UHGV virus genome: UHGV-1366437
Source of the DNA: a virus
Strand: one strand, 5' to 3'
Length of the DNA: 39,224 nucleotides
Positions 34,737 to 39,224 of the stretch are shown here, piece after piece (within the stretch, counting starts at the first letter, position 1; the number at the start of each line of letters is the position of its first letter). The notes under the pieces are model-generated. The model did no database searches and was not told the DNA's origin. It saw nothing but the letters and a program-made list of their open reading frames with translations. The position numbers were made by a program, and so were the translations under genes.

Positions 34737-36194
34737 ATGGAACATTCTAAACAAATTGCAGTAAATCGTCTTTATCTTGATGTCCGGAATCCACGTATTC
34801 CATATGAAAAAAATATGCATGAGAACAAACTAATAGATACTCTAATTGCAGACGATCCTAAAGATTTTTTAGAAACGATGCAACGCATCCAGCGGGAAGG
34901 ATATATTCCATCAAAACCAATTGTTGCACTTAAAGTCGGAAGACGTTTTAAAGTCATGGATGGAAATCGACGAACAGCAATTATGAAGTTATTATTAGGC
35001 TATGTTGATGTTAAAAAATTGAAAAATATTTCTCCATCAATACGAGAAACCATACAAAAAACAAGTGAAATCTGGAAAGATAAGAATAAAAAAATTCCTC
35101 TTTGCGAAGCATCGTCAGAAAAAGACATACAAGCAATAGCCTTTATTCAGATGGAGCATGTTAAAAATGCTCCAGGATCAGGCAAGGACTGGGGTATTCT
35201 CATGAGACATCGATATGATAATCCAAATAGTCCTTATATTGTATTAATCGACAATTTTCTTAATTATTGCAAACAGAAAATATCTGTTGAGCTTTTTCAC
35301 AAATGGACAACAGATTATCCCCTAACATTGTTACAGGAAACCCTGAAAAGAGGTCAACTGGAATCTGTCCTTAATCTGAACATAGATGAGCTGAGTAAAC
35401 TGTATCCTCATAATCTTGATGTAGATCTAGTTGATAACATAACAAAGCTGCTCATGAAATTAGGGAAAGCAGATGATAAGGATTATCTTACATACTCAGA
35501 TGTCCGCGATGGATCATTCCCGGGAAAGCTCACAACTGAGTATCACCTCTACCCTGTTGAAGATGTAGATAAGCAGGAAAGGTTAAGCAAGATGAATTTT
35601 GAACAACAAATTCGGAATTCATCTGAAAATCAAAATCCTTCATCTCCATCTACCGATCAAACTTCTCCTCGCAAATCTAATAATAAAAAAATAAACCTTA
35701 TTCCAGAATGCATAGATAATATAAAAAAATCTTGTTGTAAATCTGAATGCTATAAATCAATCAGATGTATTGAAGAACTCAGTAAAATTACAAAAAAGAA
35801 TTCTTTTCTCCCTAATGCATCAGCTTTCCTACTCCGATGTATATTAGAATATGCAGTCAAACACGCAATACGAACAATGGGACTTGAACTATATCCACTT
35901 GGAAAATTAAAAAATTATTGTAGAGAATTGTATCGCAGAGATTTTTTCAAAAAACAATTCCCTCAAACCCATGAATTTTTGAATCGTGTAGCTAATACAG
36001 AAAACTCTGGATCTGCCCGTGATCAACTCAATAATTTTGTTCATTGTGATAGTTGGCAACCAAGCCAGGAAGACATCACAACTTTGATCGAGAATATAAC
36101 TCCCCATCTAGTCACTCTTTTTGAGTCCGTCACACCACAGGCACAAGCTCCAAGCACGGAGTCGCCGGCATCTTCACCTTGTTCCCAAGAATAA
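34737..36194 (+). CDS. ParB N-terminal-domain (ParB/Srx fold) protein with a 380-aa Cys-containing C-terminal extension (485 aa)
   Basis: DVRNPRIPYEKN ... IPSKPIVALKVGRRFKVMDGNRRTAIMKLL aligns with ParBc boxes (NPR and GxRRxxA). Very AT-rich. Its 3' end overlaps the convergent methyltransferase gene by about 65 nt. Confidence 0.45.
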   Translation: MEHSKQIAVNRLYLDVRNPRIPYEKNMHENKLIDTLIADDPKDFLETMQRIQREGYIPSKPIVALKVGRRFKVMDGNRRTAIMKLLLGYVDVKKLKNISPSIRETIQKTSEIWKDKNKKIPLCEASSEKDIQAIAFIQMEHVKNAPGSGKDWGILMRHRYDNPNSPYIVLIDNFLNYCKQKISVELFHKWTTDYPLTLLQETLKRGQLESVLNLNIDELSKLYPHNLDVDLVDNITKLLMKLGKADDKDYLTYSDVRDGSFPGKLTTEYHLYPVEDVDKQERLSKMNFEQQIRNSSENQNPSSPSTDQTSPRKSNNKKINLIPECIDNIKKSCCKSECYKSIRCIEELSKITKKNSFLPNASAFLLRCILEYAVKHAIRTMGLELYPLGKLKNYCRELYRRDFFKKQFPQTHEFLNRVANTENSGSARDQLNNFVHCDSWQPSQEDITTLIENITPHLVTLFESVTPQAQAPSTESPASSPCSQE

Positions 36195-37041
36195 AAACTT
36201 CTTTGCCCATGACTTTAGTGCGTGCGCTATACTGTAAATTGAATATGAACTGACGAAATCCTGCATAAAGATCGCGAATCGCTTCTTCAGTATCATACGA
36301 TACAATCCAATGTTCATTGGATAATACCTCTTTGATCACTTGAGCTACATTGGCATGATCATTGTGTCCATAGGAATTTAAGTACAATTGCTGTCCCTTA
36401 TGGTAATATGGAGGATCGCAATAGACAAAGCACTTTCCTTGTGACATCAAAGGAATACGTTGGATAAAATTGATCGCATCTTCATGGTAAAGCAAGATAC
36501 GATCTGAAAATGATGCATAGGATCGGGCTAATTTCGCCAATCTCTCCCGATAAAATCGAGCATCCATTTTATAATTACCTTTCTGTTCAAGTCCGCCAAT
36601 AACCCCACCACTGATTACTCCAGAAAAATTCGTACGATTTAAATAAAAAAAAGCAAACCCTACATCTTCGCGAGAATAATTCTCAAACCTTTGTATTATG
36701 GTTCTCATCTTTTTCCACTCATCAACATTCAAAACAGCGGAATCGATCCGATGAGCAAATCTTTCTGGATCATCTCTGAGAGATTCCCAAAACATCAATA
36801 GTTGAGGACACTTGTCATTGAGATGGACTCTAGCTACCTTTCCAGAAAATAAAAGTTCCATAGCAACTCCTGCTCCGCCCGCATAGGGTTCTACATAATC
36901 ACAACCTTCCAAACCATTCTCCGCAATCAACGACGCCACAAATGGGGCTAATCTCTGCTTTCCTCCCGGATAACGTAACAGGGTTTTTATATTGCGGCCT
37001 ACCATATTTTTCCTATGTATCCTACACACATCTACCTCCAT
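36130..37041 (-). CDS. Dam-family N6-adenine DNA methyltransferase (D12 class); probable true start at 37005 (MVGRNIKTLLRYPGGK)
   Basis: LRYPGGK, EPYAGGAGV (FxGxG-type) and CDPPYY motifs in the alpha-class order typical of Dam. Confidence 0.7.
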   Translation of the reverse strand: MEVDVCRIHRKNMVGRNIKTLLRYPGGKQRLAPFVASLIAENGLEGCDYVEPYAGGAGVAMELLFSGKVARVHLNDKCPQLLMFWESLRDDPERFAHRIDSAVLNVDEWKKMRTIIQRFENYSREDVGFAFFYLNRTNFSGVISGGVIGGLEQKGNYKMDARFYRERLAKLARSYASFSDRILLYHEDAINFIQRIPLMSQGKCFVYCDPPYYHKGQQLYLNSYGHNDHANVAQVIKEVLSNEHWIVSYDTEEAIRDLYAGFRQFIFNLQYSARTKVMGKEVFILGNKVKMPATPCLELVPVV

Positions 37042-37188
37042 AAGTCAAATGTATCATGGAGAAATTGGTTCTAGGATTTGGAAGACACAAAAAAGCGACC
37101 GGGGTGGCCTGCTAAGCAGGCGGCGAGTATCGCGCAGAATGCGTGACTGCGTAAACAGAAACAGGTCAGCCCTCCCTCCGAGAGATCA

Positions 37189-37217
37189 CTTGACAAGAGT
37201 ACAGAAAACTTGTACGT
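37189..37217 (+). promoter_or_regulatory. Putative toxin-antitoxin promoter (TTGACA-17-TACGTT) overlapping an inverted repeat GTACAgaaaactTGTAC (likely YefM operator)
   Basis: Perfect -35 hexamer. E. coli yefM-yoeB operators are built on TGTACA-core palindromes, and the same core is present here. Confidence 0.45.
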
Positions 37218-37224
37218 TTTATTC

Positions 37225-37509
37225 ATGACCCCATTATCCCTTTCATACAGTGAAGCCCGGCAGCATCTGGCCGATACCATCAAGACCTGCGTCGACGATT
37301 CCGTGCCCGTCATCATCAAATCGCGACAGCGAGAAGTAGTCATGATCCCCCGTGAAGAATACGACTCGTGGATGGAAACAATCCACCAGCTAGACACCCC
37401 GTCCAACATACGCCACCTGGACCAGTCCCTCGAAGAAAAACGCCGTGGGGAAACCATCGTCATGACAGCGGATGACCTCATGAACTTCATGAACACCCCT
37501 GGAGCATGA
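37225..37509 (+). CDS. yefM: YefM/Phd-family antitoxin
   Basis: MTPLSLSYSEARQHLADTIKTCVDDSVPVIIKSRQREVVMIPREEYDSWMETIHQL is a typical Phd/YefM N-domain. Its stop overlaps the toxin start as ATGA. Confidence 0.7.
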   Translation: MTPLSLSYSEARQHLADTIKTCVDDSVPVIIKSRQREVVMIPREEYDSWMETIHQLDTPSNIRHLDQSLEEKRRGETIVMTADDLMNFMNTPGA

Positions 37510-37769
37510 AACTTGAATTCTCAAAAACAGCCCTGTCAGATCTCGCCTTTTGGAAAAAGGCAGATCGCAAGGCTGCGCAGAAAGTAACCGCCCTATTGCT
37601 GGAAATACTTGAAACCCCCTATGCCGGCAAAGGCAAACCCGAGCAGCTTGTCGGCAACCTCTCCGGTTACTGGTCCCGTCGCATCAACACCAAAGACCGC
37701 ATCATCTATTCCGTAGACGAAGAAACGGCAACCATCTTCATCCGCTCCCTCCGCAAACACTACGAATAG
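37506..37769 (+). CDS. yoeB: YoeB/Txe-family (RelE-fold) toxin
   Basis: KLEFSKTALSDLAFWKK ... PYAGKGKPEQLVGNLSGYWSRRINTKDRIIYSV ... RKHY closely follows the YoeB consensus. Confidence 0.75.
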   Translation: MKLEFSKTALSDLAFWKKADRKAAQKVTALLLEILETPYAGKGKPEQLVGNLSGYWSRRINTKDRIIYSVDEETATIFIRSLRKHYE

Positions 37770-37829
37770 CCCTCACCCCTGGAACTGCACCCGCTTGGCA
37801 GATTCCAGACTTTAATCCAAGAAGTCCTA

Positions 37830-37854
37830 CCATTTTGTGACATCCAACAAAATG
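37830..37854. terminator. Convergent stem-loop between yoeB and int (CCATTTTG-9nt-CAAAATGG)
   Basis: 8-bp perfect stem. There is no strong T-run. Confidence 0.3.
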
Positions 37855-37857
37855 GTC

Positions 37858-39078
37858 TCACATCTCCTCCAACCCAATTTGCCAATACTCCTCGGCAGCC
37901 TGCTTTGAGACAGCAGCTCTGTAATGCTTGAACAGCATATCCGAGCCCTTGGCATGCCCCATATCTTCACGGAGACGGTCAATATTCGGATCAATTGCCA
38001 GAGAATACGACGCAAACGAATGGCGCGCTGCATCGGACCTGTTCTGAAGGCCGGCCGCCTTTCGCACAATCTTCGCCTTCCTCACCCAATTCGTCGGCCT
38101 CAAAAGACCTTTCCGATCTGATTCCGGAACAGCCTCAAAAAACCTTCTCAAATTATCCTTGATCGTCACATGCCTCACCTCGCGAGTCTTCGCGATCGAT
38201 GGAGGAACATTAATAAACCCCTCATCCAACAGCACGTGATCCCACGTCAACTTCTGGAACTCCTCCGGACGAATCCCTGCGAACAACAACACAGCAAACG
38301 GAAGCAAAGCATCCGTACAATCCAACTTGTAAATCGCTTCAACATGGCCATCCTCACCAGCCATCGGGTGCCCCTCCTCATCCTTGTAAGACCTGCACGA
38401 AGCCAGAAGACGTTTGACTTCCTCCACCGTGAACACATCCACGCTATCTGAAGAAACAATCTTTCTCTTCTCAATCTGACTCCACGGAGACCTGGAAATG
38501 ATCCCCTGCTTCACCGCCCAGGTAAACGCCGGACTCAACACCCCCAGAGCAGAATTGAAATACGTCGCACTCTTAAAAGAATCGGCCAGCCACACCCTGA
38601 TATCATGCGCCTCAAGATCGGCCACATTCCTATTGCCAAACACCTCAACAAAACGTGAAGAATAATGGCGCCAATTTCCCTCATACTTCACCGACCACCC
38701 CCTGTCAGCAGACACCACATCCCTATACTTCGTCATCAGTTCATTTACAGACAGGCCGGCCATCCTGGCCTTCTGCTGCTCAATACCAATCCTTACCGCC
38801 TCAAGAAGAGACAAACCCAACCCAGAATCTTTTAGTAACCCATATGCATCCTTGGCTTCACGTATTTGAGTGGGAGCCAGTACATTATTATCCGATAGCT
38901 CGCCTTGTGAAAAGCGATCGCGTAGCATCATCTGATCGCGCGCTGCTTCATCACGAGTCTCATAATAGAGAGCCGTAATTTTGCCACTTGCGGAAAACCT
39001 TGCCGGAAGCCAGATCCTATACAGAGTCTTTTTGCCGCGCTTCGTTTTGTGGATTGCAAACTTGAGAGACCGTCCCAT
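37858..39078 (-). CDS. int: Tyrosine site-specific integrase (406 aa) with an N-terminal arm-binding-type domain
   Basis: C-terminal catalytic motifs ARHSFASY (HxxR), LLFAGIRPEE (R box) and HAKGSDMLFKHY (His...Tyr). The Lys-rich N-terminus resembles the arm-DNA-binding domains of Bacteroidota-type integrases. Confidence 0.85.
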   Translation of the reverse strand: MGRSLKFAIHKTKRGKKTLYRIWLPARFSASGKITALYYETRDEAARDQMMLRDRFSQGELSDNNVLAPTQIREAKDAYGLLKDSGLGLSLLEAVRIGIEQQKARMAGLSVNELMTKYRDVVSADRGWSVKYEGNWRHYSSRFVEVFGNRNVADLEAHDIRVWLADSFKSATYFNSALGVLSPAFTWAVKQGIISRSPWSQIEKRKIVSSDSVDVFTVEEVKRLLASCRSYKDEEGHPMAGEDGHVEAIYKLDCTDALLPFAVLLFAGIRPEEFQKLTWDHVLLDEGFINVPPSIAKTREVRHVTIKDNLRRFFEAVPESDRKGLLRPTNWVRKAKIVRKAAGLQNRSDAARHSFASYSLAIDPNIDRLREDMGHAKGSDMLFKHYRAAVSKQAAEEYWQIGLEEM

Positions 39079-39089
39079 AGGCGAATTCT

Positions 39090-39112
39090 TTGTCTTTTAT
39101 GTCTATTATTTT
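39090..39112. repeat. Right copy of the ~24-bp direct repeat (putative integrase arm-type site), 12 nt upstream of the int start codon
   Basis: TTGTCTTTTATGTCTATTATTTT matches 136..160 in the same orientation. Confidence 0.45.
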
Positions 39113-39224
39113 CAGAAATTCAACGGAAAAAGCCTCAAATCATGAAAATGACACACCTTTTTGAAAATCGCCGCAAACTCCTCAGAAGGCATTATTTCTC
39201 TTCATAACTCATTGAAAATAAGCA

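Noticed and set aside
1-39224. Diversity-generating retroelement, tail tape-measure protein or programmed frameshift
   Set aside because: No reverse transcriptase, no template/variable repeat pair, no long tape-measure gene and no slippery-site frameshift pair. The morphogenesis module is podovirus-like.

Overview
Nearly the whole window (about position 90 to at least 39,112) is one integrated temperate phage. It sits in the 3' part of a tRNA-Ala(GGC)-like gene: a roughly 50-nt tRNA 3' fragment plus terminator occupies positions 3-89, and a tyrosine integrase lies at the far end. Its transcription is almost entirely on the minus strand, except a small plus-strand gene (32187..32369), a RHH gene (32881..33096), the lysogeny operon (33448..36194) and the toxin-antitoxin pair (37225..37769). 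Reading down the minus strand the order is: integrase; a lysogeny switch with cI-like and cro-like HTH genes and palindromic operators; early genes including an AlpA-like HTH, a RecT plus PD-(D/E)xK exonuclease pair, Lar-like zinc-ribbon proteins, a small DPPH-motif methyltransferase, a replication initiator carrying a 10-11 bp iteron array and a DnaC/IstB-like loader; small and large terminase subunits; a lysis cassette (membrane/lipoprotein-like protein, amidase, holin); two tail-fibre genes flanking a glycosyltransferase-like gene; then a head and internal-core block whose gene order and sizes track T7 (portal, scaffold, capsid, gp11/gp12-like, gp14/gp15-like and a 2,298-aa gp16-like giant). 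Most starts lack Shine-Dalgarno sequences. Backbone GC is about 50-57%, with several low-GC (about 33-40%) insertions. The most interesting one lies directly downstream of cI on the plus strand, in the position lambda uses for rexAB. It encodes a HARE-HTH/AT-hook/Mrr-like PD-(D/E)xK nuclease and a ParB N-terminal-domain protein, next to a Dam-family methyltransferase and a YefM/YoeB toxin-antitoxin pair. I propose it as a candidate lysogen-expressed defence or exclusion island that has not been described. Other notable signals are a 24-nt motif repeated upstream of the capsid, portal and lysis blocks; roughly 24-bp direct repeats flanking the attachment region that look like integrase arm sites; an AT-rich stand-alone PD-(D/E)xK gene; and phased operator-like repeats.
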